DNA of 64,000 nt from Octopus bimaculoides (taxonomy: Eukaryota): NCBI RefSeq assembly GCF_001194135.2, contig NC_069001.1, positions 33,862,244 to 33,926,243 on the forward strand. Direction: 5' to 3'. How positions within the stretch are numbered: position 1 is the first letter of the stretch; each line of letters opens with the position of its first letter. The notes below the pieces were generated by a model. It had not been told where the DNA came from, did not search any database, and saw only the letters and a list, made by a program, of their open reading frames with translations. This document shows positions 24,101-38,404 of this stretch, in pieces. The translations under genes and the position numbers were made by a program.

Positions 24101-25633
24101 TAAGTACCACAACAGGCAAATAAAAATTACTTGTATATATATAAATTTCAATTGGTTTGTGTATCAATGATGGATAGTTTTTTTTTATGCTACTTATCTT
24201 AGGTTTTGTCAGCATTTGTCATGTTTCCCATCATTTGTGGCTCTTTGGTTGGTAGTCAGGAACATTGTGCATACTCTAGTCTCACAATGATACAGACAGG
24301 CAGTGTTTGTTTAAATGTCCTGAGGCTAAACACTCTCCTGATTGTTTTTACCACAGATGATATCATTCTTTAACATTAATAGCATTATTTATCTGGATGT
24401 TACAGCTATAATAGCTAATATAGATTATTGTAATTACATAGTTTTTTTCTCTTTTCCATTCCTTGCTTTGTATCCTTATTTACTGTTGTTGCAAACATTC
24501 TTATGTAACAGAGATTGATAAGACATTGAGCTGTGGCAGCTATGTGATATTGCATTATTTCTTTATATAATGCAGTATAATACATTGTAGTGTCGAAGTT
24601 TAATACAGTGCAGTGTAGTCTAAATGTGATGTGTTGCAGTGATTGAAATAGTTCTATTATTTTCATGCTTCAAATGAATGTTTTATCTTAGGGCTGCAGC
24701 TCATTCCAATAATTCCATATTAATTGTTTGTCTTTCTGTTTCATAGAAGTTCAGCTTTCACTTGGTAATGCATGTAGGCAGAACCGAACATCCCACCCAA
24801 CAATTGCTATATATATAATGTTCTGCCTGTGCAGTATCAATCATTTTAGAAGAGATAAGCTGGTTTACAATGCTTGCTCTTCTGCTACAGTCTACAATGT
24901 CTTGCCTTCTCCTTTTCTCTGCTTCTCCTCCTACTCTCCTATCCTCATTAATACAACTGTTGTCAGCAGTGAAAGTGCCATCCAACTATAAAAACATTTT
25001 GGTTCTGTTATACACAGGCTTTCCAACACACATTGTCATCACATTTCTTTACAACTGATAAAGTTGTCACTCGTCAATCCATCCATCAATAACATACTGC
25101 TGCTGATGAAGTAAAATTACCTCTAATTATTATGTTTAAAATGTAGAAACAACAGCTATTGTATTCTAACAAAAAAGAAATGTAAATAAAGGAGAGAATA
25201 ATTGAAATTTTCTCATAAGCCGAACAAGCTCCTAAATCAAAACTATTATAATGTGCTTTACTCTTTGTTAGCATCAATGTTTTCACTTTTACTTCTTAAT
25301 CCTATTTCATGTTGGCTAATTAGATTGAACTATTTGAATTAATTTCTTATCACAAATATAATTGAGAAGTTACAAGTAAATTTTGTTGAAATGTAATGAT
25401 TTTATTTTGGTTGAGTTACCAAGCGAGGCACTGAGGTGATTTAGATTAAAACTAAATCGACTTTGTTTTTCTTTTTAATCATTAAACAAAGGTGTGATAG
25501 TTAATTGGTGAAAGTGCTCAGTTGATGATAGAAAAATCAGGTTTTGAAGTATAATCTCTTATCCTGTGTTAAATCAGAGTACAAAACTATATTTGGTACA
25601 ATCTACTACGTTGTATATCACCATACCAGATGA

Positions 25634-25860
25634 CTGTGGAGATGCTTGACTTAGTAGTTAGGGTGTCAGATTCACTATTGTAAGATTGTGGTTTCAATTC
25701 CTAGACTGGGTGATGCATTGTGTTCTTGAGCAAAACATTTTATTTCACATTGCTCCAGTCCACTCAGCTGGTAAAAAGGAGTAACCTTGCAATAGACTGG
25801 TGTCTCATCCAGGGAGGAATTATATACATGAGAAAAATTGGGAAGCTGGCCCTATGGTCT
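25634..25860 (+). mobile_element. tRNA-derived SINE with a CORE-like central domain, degraded
   Basis: Head ...ggtttcaattcc... followed by tgttcttgagcaaaacattttatttcacattgctccagtccactcagctgg. The same motif occurs at 53915-54100 (+) and 40300-40380 (-). Confidence 0.6.
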
Positions 25861-27744
25861 TTACAGAGTAATGTGGACTAACCATAGTAGATGAGTGATT
25901 TGCTATAGATGTATAACTGCTAGAACTGATGTTTACTGGTAAAACATTCGGAGCAACCTATGATTCTGTGGCTTTAACCCTGTCAATCTAAATTTCATCC
26001 TTTAAAGATGAATAATAAAAGCATCAGATAAGCAAAAAGTAAGACAAGTTTTATGTATGAATATTTGACATAGCAACTGGTTAGGTTTCACTCAAAAAGT
26101 AGCAATGGAATTGCCTTTGGATAGCAATTAATAAGAAAATGATTCAAAAGTAAAGAGGTATTTTATAAAGAAATATAATTTGTGTGGTGATGAGGAGGGG
26201 ATTTAGAAGGATTACTGGCTTAAGTGGGCTTTGGAATGATATGAATTTATTCTCTTTGAGAAGAATATAATTTCAAAATAATGACTTGCCTTTGAATGTC
26301 TCCAAGTTCCAGACTGAGGACTGGTGAACCAGATGGCTGCACCAGGCTCCAATCTGATCTGACAGCGTTTCTATAGCTGGATGCCCTTCCTAATGCTAAA
26401 TAAATTCTGAGAAAGATGCCTGAGTTTATAAATTTTCAATTATACATTGATAAACTCTTTATTCAATGGTTAATGGATAAACTTACCTTTCTAAAAATAT
26501 TGGTCCTTAACTGACTGAGCTGAAAGGATATCCCTGAAGACTTTATCAATTCACAAGGGAACATACATTAGGCATTTCTTTTTTTTTTTTCCAGGATTAT
26601 GAAAAGATTTGAGTTAAGATGTGAAAGCTGTTATAAAGAAACCTGTTAGGTCCAACTGTAAACTGGCATGGTATCTATTTGTCTATTTACAGCTGGGCCA
26701 TCAAGAATTGACTTTATTTAGAACACACTACAGCACCTGAGAAGGGATACAAACTATTAAACTTCCAACCATTCAACCATCTGTTTCATATTTATATTGT
26801 CCAGCATACACAGAATGAGTTGTTCTATAAATTAAGGTTTTTACAGGAATTATAAAAGCTAAACTTTAATCTTGACACTTTGCCGTTGATTAAGTAGTAA
26901 TAGCTGCTAGTTTTAATTACTTTTGATGAGGCAAGTAACAAAACCTGTTTAAGGAAATAAATGCAAGTTGGTCTTTGATCTTTGTTTCTGTGTGTGTTTT
27001 TGTGTGAATTATATATGTGTGTGTGCATATATATATATATATGCGTGTGTATATATTTTTGTGTGTCCATCTACATATAAGTGTATGTTTTTGTGTGTAT
27101 ATATGTGTATGCGTGTGTGGTGTGTTTTTGTGTACATTTATATGTATGTATATATGTTTTTGTGTGTACATATATGTGTGTGTATATGTTTTTGTGTGCA
27201 TTATATACATGTCTGTATACACATATGTGTGTGTACATAGGTCTTTTTTAAGTCTGTCTATACAACTGTCTATATTTCCTTTTGTTATTTGATTTCATTT
27301 CTTATTCAATAATCTTGTACACACACACACACACACACCTATATAGAAACTCACACTTGATTTCATATTTCTCAAGTGTGTTTGTGATTATGTGAACACT
27401 GTTCGAAAATAATTGTTCGAAAATAATTGTTTGAAAACATTTACTTGCAAAACATTTATCTGAATGGAAAATTGTATGAAAGAAAATTATTCAAAAGGAC
27501 AATCATACGAAATGTTAATTATTCTAAAATTTTTATTTTATTTAAACAAAAATGATAAAATTAAAAATCAAGTACACAAATGATATTTATTTCAAATAAC
27601 TGTTTTTCGAATAACCGTTTTCCGAATAACTGTTTTTCGAATAATTGTTTCCAAGCAAACAGCTTTCATGATACAGTGTTTTTTTTATCAAGATGTGAAC
27701 AGTTTTGCTTTTGACATAAATTGTGCTTAGAGAAATACATAAGT

Positions 27745-28446
27745 GCAGGCATTGCTGTGTGGTTAAGAAGCTGGCTTTGCAACCATGTGGTTTCATGTTC
27801 AGTCCTGCTGGGCAGCACCTTGGACATATGTTTTCTGTATCCTCAGGCCATCTAATGCTATGTGGGTGAATTGGGTAGACTAAAACTGTAAGAAGCCTGT
27901 CATGTGTGTGCATCAGGTATGTGATGCTGACAAGCTACAAAAATAGCAAAACATTGATGTTCATCACTCTTGGATGGGACTGAGGGTGAGTTGTCTTGTC
28001 TGTCCATGATTGTAAGGTGTTTTTACACCTGGCACTTTGAATGAGTATTCTCCACTACACCAATAGCAGCTTACCAGCAAATACACAGAACATATGTGTT
28101 AAGTATAGACGATTGATAATATAAATATAAATATATATCTTGAAAATTACTTGGTGACCCTGCTGGTGCTACTTAAAAGGCATCCAGTCCACACTGAAGT
28201 GATTGACATTTGGAAGGGCATCCAGCCATAAAAATCATGCCAAAACTGCCCTCACCTGTGCTGCTGCCATGTAAAAGGCACTCAGTCTACTTTGCAGGGT
28301 GATTGATTTTAGGAAGGGCATCTAGCTGTAAAAACCATGCCAAAAAAGGACACAGAAGCTTGTAGTCTTCTGCCTGGCTGGCTGGCTCCTGTCAAACCAT
28401 CCAACCTAAGCCGACATGGAAGGTGGATGTTAAACAATAATGATTA

Positions 28447-28505
<59 letters not shown>

Positions 28506-28735
28506 TACATACATGTGCGTGTGTCTTTGTGTTTGTATAGTGTTTGTCTCCACCTTGCTGTTTGACGAGTGATGTTGGCTTGCTTATGTTTCCATAACTT
28601 AGTGGTTTGGCAAAAGATACTGTTAGAATAAGTACCAGACTTGAAAAATAAGTAATGACATCCATTTGTTTTACTAGACTCTTCAAGGCAGTGCCCCAGC
28701 ATGGCTGCAGTCCAATGACTGAAAAAATAAAAAAT
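27745..28735 (+). mobile_element. SINE family A head (27745-27900) and tail (28500-28735) separated by a family C copy (28130-28445) and (TA)n
   Basis: Family-specific motifs in the expected order. Confidence 0.6.
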
Positions 28736-30972
28736 ATAAAAAGATATCTTGGACAGAAATTGGTTATTAATTGCTAAATACCTGCAATTTTAAATAAAAA
28801 AAATATTCGGTATCCATATTATTCAAGTTTTTGATCTGTATCAGCTTAATGTTGTATCCAGAAACAATTTACTGATTTACAGCCATGAAAGAAAACAACT
28901 AGAAACAGTTGAATGTCAATGTATAAACATATGTCATGAAGGAAAGGATTAGGTATTGATGTTTTAGAAAATATGTTCTTTGTCAAGATAGATAAGTGGA
29001 GAAGAGAAGGGGAAAAAATACAGTTTGAGAATGATAAATGTGTGTGTGTGTGTGTCTGTGTGTGTTTACACATGCAGAGTGAATAATAGCTGGATAGAAG
29101 CTTTATACTACATCAAACAACATAATGAGAGTTGCTATAAATCTAAGAACAACTGTATACTGTCAGCAAAATTAAAAATGGATGGAAAAAAATACTTCAT
29201 TTATAAACTAGACCACACATACACACTTAAGTGTATAACTAACTATATAAGTGAATTGTGGAATAAATAGGCTCATTATTCACAGATGGATAAATTTGTA
29301 CTTGTATATGGTTATGAGTAGCTGCTAAGTATAATCTAAATGACCAATTTGTAAGTTACTAAATATATGCTCAATCAGACTACATAAGATTGTAGTTAGT
29401 TAGTATATAGACTATATCACAATTGAGTCTGTTTAGTAGATGTGTTACACTAATGCCTCCCATGCATTATAATGAATGCAGTGGGGCTGAACCCAGAACC
29501 ATGTGGTTGGGAAGCAAGCTTCTTAGCATACAGCTATGCCAGCACCTACAATTAAACTACTTTTATTATATTTTTTCTGTGAAAACAATCCCTTAAAGCA
29601 AGTTCCTATGCAGCATTAAAAGATTAAGAATGAGATTAGAGGTGTCCATTTACTTGGAAATAATACTAAATGGAGAAAATAAAATGATGAAAAATTACTG
29701 TCTTAAAGCTGGAAGGGAACTATTTTAGAAAAAAAAAAAATGCTTGATATTTTGGGTCAGTTAATTAACATTTTTAAGAAAAATATGTAGTTTCATTGAA
29801 ATAGAAGTCAGGTCTATATTTTCCACCATTTGAGTAGAGGTATTATAGTCTTCCCATTCGTCTATCACAGACTGAACGTCAAATTTTTAGTAGATTTTAA
29901 ATGATTCTATAAAAAAAATCATATACCCTCTAATAGTTACAAGTGGGATGACTGGAGGTGGGGAGTAGTAGAGAGACATGAAATGATATTAGATGAGGTG
30001 AGATGAATTGTTAATGGGGATGTAAGTGTTAGGATCCAGGTAAGAATGGAAGAAAATGTCAAGTGTGCTATCAGCTTCTTAAGGTCAAGTGAGGGAGTCA
30101 AGCAGGCGTTGTGACACAGGCTGAAATATGGCTATCAGGTTACAAACAAATAAATAACGAATAAAATGAATAAATTAATAAATAAATAAAATACAAAAAA
30201 AAAATCTGTGATATGAATTTATTAGGAGTTAGTGAATGAAAAACTTACCTGAAATATTTTTCAAATGTAATTCACCTGGCCTGTCAGCTGGCCTTTCATT
30301 GTTACATCTATACTGGTTTCTCACATTCAAACTGGTTGTGTATTGTTTGCCCCATTATCTAATCCTATTGATTGTCTTTTGCTTGTCAACTTCTATTAGT
30401 TGTTTGTTAATTGTCTATTAGTGTTAAGTTTCCACTGACTGATTACTGGTTGTCTGCCCCTATTTGGTGTTCACTAGCTGTCTTTTTTTTTTGTTTCTTC
30501 AGTCTAGCTTGCAGAATTTAGAGAAGGAGCAGTTCTCCTGACTTTTGCAGGCCCTCTGAGACCGTTGAGCTTGGTATTAATATTCTGTTTAATATGATGC
30601 AGATCAACACTTGCAGGAAAGAAATATTGGAATAGCAGGCAGATTAGAGCAAAAGGAGGCACCATACAGAAACAGATGGAGCTTATGGAGTCAGTGGATA
30701 CCAAACATAGCTATAGAGCAGTGACACTAAAGCAGTAGATTATCAGTAGACACCAAGCACAGGTAGACAGCAGTGGACAACAAACAAGAGAGCTAGTGAA
30801 CATCAAGTAGGGTAACAGTCAATAAGTATATAAAAGGTAGATGGCTGGTGGACACTAAACAAAGGTAGACAGCAGTGAACCAGTGGACAGATACGGTCTA
30901 CTGTATTTAGTGTTCAAAGATATCAGATAATCATCTTTAGTTGTTGTTTAGTTCTAAGTTATGACTGCTGTA

Positions 30973-31350
30973 GTGGAGGTGCAATGGCCCAGTGGTTAGG
31001 GCAGCGGACTCGCGGTTTCAATTCCCATACCGGGTGTTGTGAGTGTTTATTGAGCGAAAACGCCTAAAGCTCCACGAGGCTCCGGCAGGGGATGGTGGCA
31101 AACCCTGCTGTACTCTTTCACCACAACTTTCTCTCACTCTTACTTCCTGTTTCTGTTGTGCCTGTAATTCAAAGGGTCAGCCTTGTCATACTCTATGTCA
31201 CGCTGAATATCCCCGAGAACTACATAAAGGGTACACGTGTCTGTGGAGTGGTCAGCCACTTGCACGTTAATTTCATGAGCAAGCTGTTCCGTTGATCGGA
31301 TCAACTGGAACCCTCGACGTCGTAAGTGACGGAGTGCCAACAACAACAAC
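30973..31350 (+). mobile_element. Young tRNA-derived SINE (family D) with a (CAA)n tail and 12-bp TSD
   Basis: ATGACTGCTGTA at 30961-30972 and 31351-31362. tRNA-like head gtggaggtgcaatggcccagtggttagggcagcggactc...ggtttcaattcc; tail ggagtgccaacaacaacaac. Confidence 0.9.
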
Positions 31351-31605
31351 ATGACTGCTGTATTTTTCAAAAAGGAAAATTACAAATCTTATCATCTTGG
31401 CATAGAGGTCCAAAATCACATGCCTGTAGGCATGGCAGAGAGAGGGAGAGAGAGAGACAGACAGACATTGTCTAAAGTGACTTTGCTTTTTAAAGACTGT
31501 AGTGTGTGATTTGAGAGATTTTGGTATTATTTGTAGCAGTTTGAGCAGGCTTAATCATATTTAGTATTCTGAACCAGCAAACTAGGGATTTATTGGCCAT
31601 CTCCT

Positions 31606-31833
31606 TGAACCCTTAGCATTCAGATTTCCCTGTCAAATGTCCCACTTATTTATTCACATTGATATGAGTTAGTTCATGCATTACTTTGTAGCTTTGAAAT
31701 TCCAGTGATGTGAGTGTCTATTTTTAGAATAACACTGTAGGGTAGGTGCGAGAGGGCAGATCTGGCTAGTCTCAAGATAAAACCAGTAGAATATTTTGGC
31801 CGGATATGGTCAGTTAAAATGCTAAAAGTTTAA
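31606..31833. mobile_element. piggyBac-like MITE (degraded termini)
   Basis: acccttagcattcagatt...aaatgctaaaagtttaa; homologous to 60922-61145. Confidence 0.65.
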
Positions 31834-33976
31834 ACTATATTCATTAAAAATTTTGTCTGCTGAAGGAAGCATACAAGTGGAATATACTAAATGAAATATC
31901 TCAAAATCATTACAAAATGTTATAAAATAATTTTACAAACTATAATGTTGATAAGCAGAGAAGTGTGTATTGGGAAGTTCCTAAGCTGTAAAGTTGATAA
32001 TGAGGATGATGATGATAGCCGTGTCTGCGCCTATGTTAATAATTATTTAGGACATCTTATTTTGATTAGAAATTTTTAGATAATAAATATATTTACTGTC
32101 AATGATCTACAAATGAAAAAAAAACAAAACAAAGACTATAGAAATATTGGTGTAAAAAAAAACAAAACAGAAACTCACAAAAAGATTGTGAAAAACCTTT
32201 CTTAGCATATTCTTAAAGGAAATAAAATCAATTATGGAGATCATAGCCATTATAGAAAAGAATCTAAAAAATGAAGTATTTAAGAAAAAAGCTAAATTAC
32301 TTCTATGAAAATAGTATCCTATTAAAAAAATATCAAAAACCAGTTTCCAACAATTTAATTTCCAATATATTCTAATTAATAAATCTTTTTCACTATGACA
32401 CAGAGCCTGATGACGTTCTACTTAGTCTCAAAATATTGTCAGCAGACCGATAAATATGCAGAATATTTCATTTGATCTCTACTTTGGAAGTGAATACTAC
32501 AAGAAGGTGGAAGTAATGTTAATTACTACAAATTACTTTTGAACTTACTAAACTCTACTGCCATCTTCCACTATTCATCAGTAATCTCGTCCTGCTTATA
32601 TTTTATTGCTGCTGCTGCTGCTGTGTTCTTCTAATAAATATGCAAATTATTAATAATTTTCTTCTCTTAATTTATACTCATTGTTGTTTCCCTAAATTTG
32701 AAGTGCTTCGTAATTTCATCACATCTTTAAGTTGCGTTTGTGTAAAATACTGCAAGTCTTATCTGTCTACTGTTTTTTAAATGTAATTAATTATAATTAT
32801 TATAAACAACTTGGTAGCCAATTTGTAAAATGTTTTAGATGATTCAGACAGAATTCTTATAGTTTTAAAAATATTTTTTGTTATTTTTGTTTTTATTTTT
32901 TTTTAACCATTCCTTAGTCGAAGAATATTGTTGTGTTTTGGGTGAGTCATTATGCCAATAATGATAACACACACAGGTTCAATTCCACTTCTTTATTGCT
33001 TGTCAGTTGGTTAAATATATTACCAACTAACTAATCAATCATTTGTTTAATGTGTTACTTAATCAATTTGTTTGTTTGTCTGTCAAAAATCTAAGAATAT
33101 TTTTTTATGCTTTTACTGGGCTATGGTTGTGCTGGGATACTGCCAACGGAATGAAGCTGAGGGACAAACTTTGTTTTGGTAATGTTCTATTTGAAAATGA
33201 CTGCAATTTCAATATTTTGTTCTTATCAGTCTGTATCTACACAAGCTTTACAGAGTCTGATTTTTGGAAGAAGAGAACTAACTCATTGCAGGCAAAATAT
33301 CTCTTGACATTTTCCATCCATTTATTCTGGCACGAGTTGTATAGGTCTGTAACACATCATTTCTGTGGCCCAGTTCTAACAATACTAACCTATTTAGGAT
33401 CTTTCTTGTTGTGCTTTGACTGGTATCTAACACCAACTCTGTACCTTTTCTCATCCAGCATAGACAATTCATATTATAGTTTTCCATTATATATTGGCAT
33501 GAAGCATGAAATCATTGAGAGTAGAAACAAAAAGTTGAGATGCTCATGGCTTTTTCATAGGAAGAAATGGTAGGAAGAGGTTCCATCTGAAATAAAAGAA
33601 TAAGATAAGATAATTTCACTTATAATGATTACTTTTTTGCATTAGTGTGGGAATGAAACTTGCTTAGGGGGTGCAAACGCAGATCCAAAACTTTTTACAA
33701 ACAAGGTCGATTTTTTTTTCTATCTTAATATCAAAACAAACACAAAGTGTAATAATTATTTTTATATTTGTACATCAATCAATTCAGATAAATACAATAA
33801 TGAAAAAGTAATGTGTCAAATCAGTCCAAAACTTTCTATGTTCATTTGTTTTGGCAATGAAGTTTTTCTGGAGGATGCTCAAAGCATTTTCATTGCCCCC
33901 TCAAAATTTTAGTGAGTGTGCTTGCACCCACTTCCACCCCCACCCCACCCTGTTCCTGGGCCTATGCTTCCTTACA

Positions 33977-34610
33977 TACAAAGTGTGTTCCAGAAGTTTT
34001 GAGACTTTGCAGGATAGACATTCATTTACTTCATAGAAGTGCAAAAGTGTAATCTCCTTCAAAATAAGATCCTCTAACTTCAGTGCACTTGTAGTGCCCC
34101 AGCCACTTTATGAAAACCTCATGGAAGTCCTCCAAACTGAAGGTGTCTATGACCCTTGTCACAGCTTCCTTTACTTTCAGCATGGGGGAAAGGGAACAAG
34201 GTCAAGACTGTAGAGAGGGTGTGGGACAGTTTTGATGTCCATTTCTGTCAAAACGGAATTATGGACTGGTGTATTGTCCTGGTGTTCTAGCATTCTGTAA
34301 TGAAATCTCTTCTGGAACTCCTTCAAAACCTCCACAAAATACTTTTTGTTGACCATCTGACCAGAAGGAACCCGGTGGATGTAGATGATGCCCTTGTCAG
34401 TAAAATGATCATCATGAGCTCCCTGGCAGACCTGCTTTGCATGGCTCCTTGTGCCAGCAAAAAACATCCTCACCTCATACAAGTTGATCCATAAGCATTC
34501 TGGAGCATTTCATAAATTTCTGCAGCATTTTTGCACTGTTTAACACAAAACTTTATTGCATAGCAAGCTTCTAAATTGCCTTCATGTCCTGACTGCATTC
34601 TACAGACTAA
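33977..34610 (-). mobile_element. Mariner relic, transposase DDD catalytic region
   Basis: ORF 34177..34482 reads ...GQMVNKKYFVEVL...HQDNTPVH...VPHPLYSLDLVP (cf. HDNA.PH and PHPPYSPDLAP). TIR-like tacaaagtgtgttccagaagttttgagact at 33977. Confidence 0.88.
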
Positions 34611-35324
34611 TCACCTGTAACAAGCAGTGTTTTGTAGGGTATGTTCAAAGTATTGTTACAGCCATCTCCTTTGGTCTGGAATAAAAACTCTTGGCAGGTT
34701 AGCTTATTAGATGTATAATAATGATATACTATAATTACAATAATCTAGAAAGGTTATAATTACCTCTCCTAAAAAGCCTCAAAACTTCTGATATATGACT
34801 AATGTGTTACAGTGAAATGATAAGGGATGGGTGATAAAAACATAAAAGCTTTATCCTCTGTGTTTGAACAGACACAACTATTTAAATATCTTATCATCCT
34901 GAGCTAATCTCCTTCAACTCCATGCTCTGTTAACTTGTCTTTAAATATTTACACAGTAAACACAAGCTTTGAGCTTTTGGTTGGAAAGGAGTAGGGAGAG
35001 TAACTTTAAGGTTCATGTGGTTAAAAACATTTCAAACCGGAAAAAAATAAATAAGTAAAGAACAAAATAAACCAGAAGCATTTGGTAGACTAGTATTCTG
35101 AAGCTTTTTTTTTTAGTACTATAACCAGTATGAGTGTTGTTAATATTATGGACTTTTTTTTAGAACAGTGGAAGGTAGAAACAGTGGAGCACTTGGCAAT
35201 TGTTTTGTGGTATTAGAACTGTGGATAGCAGAATAAACAAAATGCTTTGGGTCATCTTATATTTTGGAACTGAAGTTCTGCTGGGGTCGATTTTGACTTT
35301 GCTTTTTTTGGTGTCAATGATGTA

Positions 35325-35725
35325 TCAGGTTTGGCTGTGTAATAAGGAGCTTGCTTCTCACCCACAGGATTTCAGGTTCAGTCCCACTGTGTGACACCTA
35401 GGGCAACTGTCATCTATGATAGCCTTGTCTGACCAAAGCCATGTAAGTGGATTTGATAGGTGGAAACTGAAAGAAGCCTGTCGTGTGTGTGTGTGTCTGT
35501 CTTTGTGCCTATATTTGTCCCATCTCCACTGCTTTATAACTAGTGCTGGTGTGTTTACATCCCCATAATTTAGTGGTTTGGCAAAAGAAAGTAACAGAAT
35601 AAGTACAAGACTTAGGAGAAAAACGAAAAGTAAGTACTGAGGTCGAGTCATTTCAACCAAAAAATTTCTTCAAAATGGTGCCCCAGCACAGCCATAGTCT
35701 AATGATTGAAAGAAGAAAAAGTCAA
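35325..35725 (+). mobile_element. SINE family A, near full length
   Basis: Head, (TG)n and tail motifs are all present. Confidence 0.8.
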
Positions 35726-36048
35726 AAGATTAGGGTTGATCAACTGAATTCTCCCTTCAAATATGTGACCTTGTCCCTGTGTTAGGTATAAATATTATGG
35801 ACCCTATTATAAAACTAGTTTCATGCATTGTGATTGTCATTGACCCAAATAACTATGGTTTTGTGTATCCAAAATTGCTTTCTTCTTGCTTTGTGTTTCC
35901 TCTTGAAATGAATATAAATTTCCCTTTTTATTTCATGAATTACTTTGACTTTCCCAACTGAAAAGGTGAATCAATCTTGTCAAGATTTGAAATTACTACC
36001 ATACAAGTCATTGCATTGCTCATTTATATATTTATATATATATATAGA

Positions 36049-36088
<40 letters not shown>

Positions 36089-38404
36089 ATATAGATAGAA
36101 CTGTGCATGCTGCTATTGAGTTATAATCTTTCGTATTTTCTGTTGAGAAATTTCTTCCTTTCTTGTACATTCATTAATCATTGCACACAATTTTCTCACT
36201 GCGTAAGATGTTGAATCCACATAATAGGCAGTTTCACATCTGAAGTTGCAATGCTAACACCACTCGTGTAACAAATTGATCATTCCATGTGAATCAAACC
36301 ACTCGATGTTGAAATCATAATTTAATTCAATATATTATATTTACTTTGATTCTCATCCATTTTCTTAATTTTGATGTTTTCTTTCCTTTAAAGAAATGAA
36401 AGACTCTCCATACTAGACAGAATATTAGCGTAATGTTCTCGTTATGTATTCAGATCTGCTGAAGATCTTTGAAGAATATTACAGTTTCCAGTGGTATTTG
36501 TTCAGTTCCTCAACAATATTTGGTCATGTGATTTTTAATGTTATTGCAGCAAACCTCTTTTGAAAGAAAGTACAGTTAAAATGTACTTTTCTTTTAACAG
36601 TCTGCATATCATTGCTAAGTAAATTGCTTTACCTTACCCTTTAAAATTGTATCCTAGCTTATCTTTGAATGTGCCAAATATTTTCTCAAACAGCAGCAGC
36701 ATCTTTTGGAAAACATTATTTTTTTAATGTTAAATTAGGAGTTTGGAGAGAGAGAAGTGAGCTATAATATATAGAGATTTGAAAGCAATCAGATACAGAT
36801 AAAAAATGAGAAATAATATATAGATAAGGAAATATATGTGCAAAGGCAAGTCAATATCTAAATACTTAATGGCATTTGGTTCTGTATCTCCGATTTCTCA
36901 CATTATTGAGTTTGATTTTCTGCTTATGTTAACAGAAGATATTTAATGCTAGTATTAAACAGGAATTTGTTACCATATCTCTGATGAAATACAGCTTTCT
37001 TTCAGTTGATTTTGAAAATAATGAAGAATATGAAATAACTTGGACATTATTCACCTGATATAAGGTGACAGCTGACAGAATTGTTAGCACATGGGTCAAT
37101 ATCTTTCACTGCATTTTTTTTATGGGGTCAATAAAATAAGTATCACTTGAGCACTGGGGTCAATGTAATCAACTAGTCCCCTCCCTTCAAATTTCAGGCC
37201 TTTTGCCTATAGTAGAATGGATTTTTAAGCTAATGTTTGAAACAATTTAACAGGAAATTTTGATGGAAGGTTATAATTTGGATCTCTTTGAAACGGGAAA
37301 TTTGTACCATTGAACCAAGGGGGTTCTTGAGTGGCCTAGTATCACAGTATCACACGGGTTTAGTGGCTTTACAAGGTAACAACCTGATGAAATTTATTAT
37401 AAAATTACCTTTTTCCAGTAGTTCCACCTGATGACATAAATTCTTCTAGGCTATACCAACACTATGGATGTGTGAAATATATGGGTAATGCTTAAAATAG
37501 GGAACATGAAAGTAATACATAAACCATTTTCGACTAGTTAGACTGAGGTACAGTAAAATATCAATCAGTTCTCCACATTATATAGCCTTGCCTTTAAATT
37601 CAACATATGTTAAGCAGAATTAAGCATAATTTGATTAGCTTTTCAGTCATGTTGATTGATATAAATTGTGGTTTTCAGGGTTTTCTAACAGAGAATAAAA
37701 CGGATTTATTTCATTAACAAATCTTCAATTGAGTTGAAATGATTGTGAGGGACTAAAAATCTTCAGTATTAACATGACAAGTAAATGCAGTATGAAGGTC
37801 AATCAAAATCAACTGTTTATCCTATAGATAAAATGTGTATGGGATTTTCCTAGAGATAAAACAATGAATGAGCTTTGTTGCTTTCTATAGATAGGCTTAA
37901 TTCCTAAAAATGTTTCCTGGAAATTTAGTAGCTATTAGTAACAGATAAATGGGCTGAAATAGTACATTGCTTAGCCATTATCTTACCTATCAGGTTATTT
38001 TGCCACAACGGGAAGTTATAAAGCTGATTAATTATAAGTAAAATTGCCCAGAATGGCATAATAGCTTAAAATAATGACTTGTTCATGATATGACGAGTGC
38101 TAAATGATATCTGATAATTGCGATAAAAAAAAGTGAAGAAAATAAAGCAAGGAAAAAAAAAAAAAAAACTAAACCTGATATATAATGACTTTGATCTTCA
38201 CAGGAAGATTGGAAATATGAAGTTCAGTGTAGTTGAATGTGAAGTTTTCCTCTCCAAATAAATCAAATATTTCATGCTATTTTTAGTACTTAGTATTCTC
38301 TTTACAGCCACTTGTTTGTATGCATGTTCGCTTATATTTGTGCATACATGCAAGCATATGTATATATGTAAATACATATTTGCATACATGCATCCTTATA
38401 TACA

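Noticed and set aside
30973-31040. tRNA gene
   Set aside because: The tRNA-like head lacks a complete cloverleaf and continues into a SINE body with a tail and TSD.
33043-33590. 176-aa plus-strand ORF and a strong minus-strand acceptor at about 33590
   Set aside because: The ORF is L/F/C-rich with no recognisable domain or splice context. All three minus-strand frames close within 75 nt of the acceptor.
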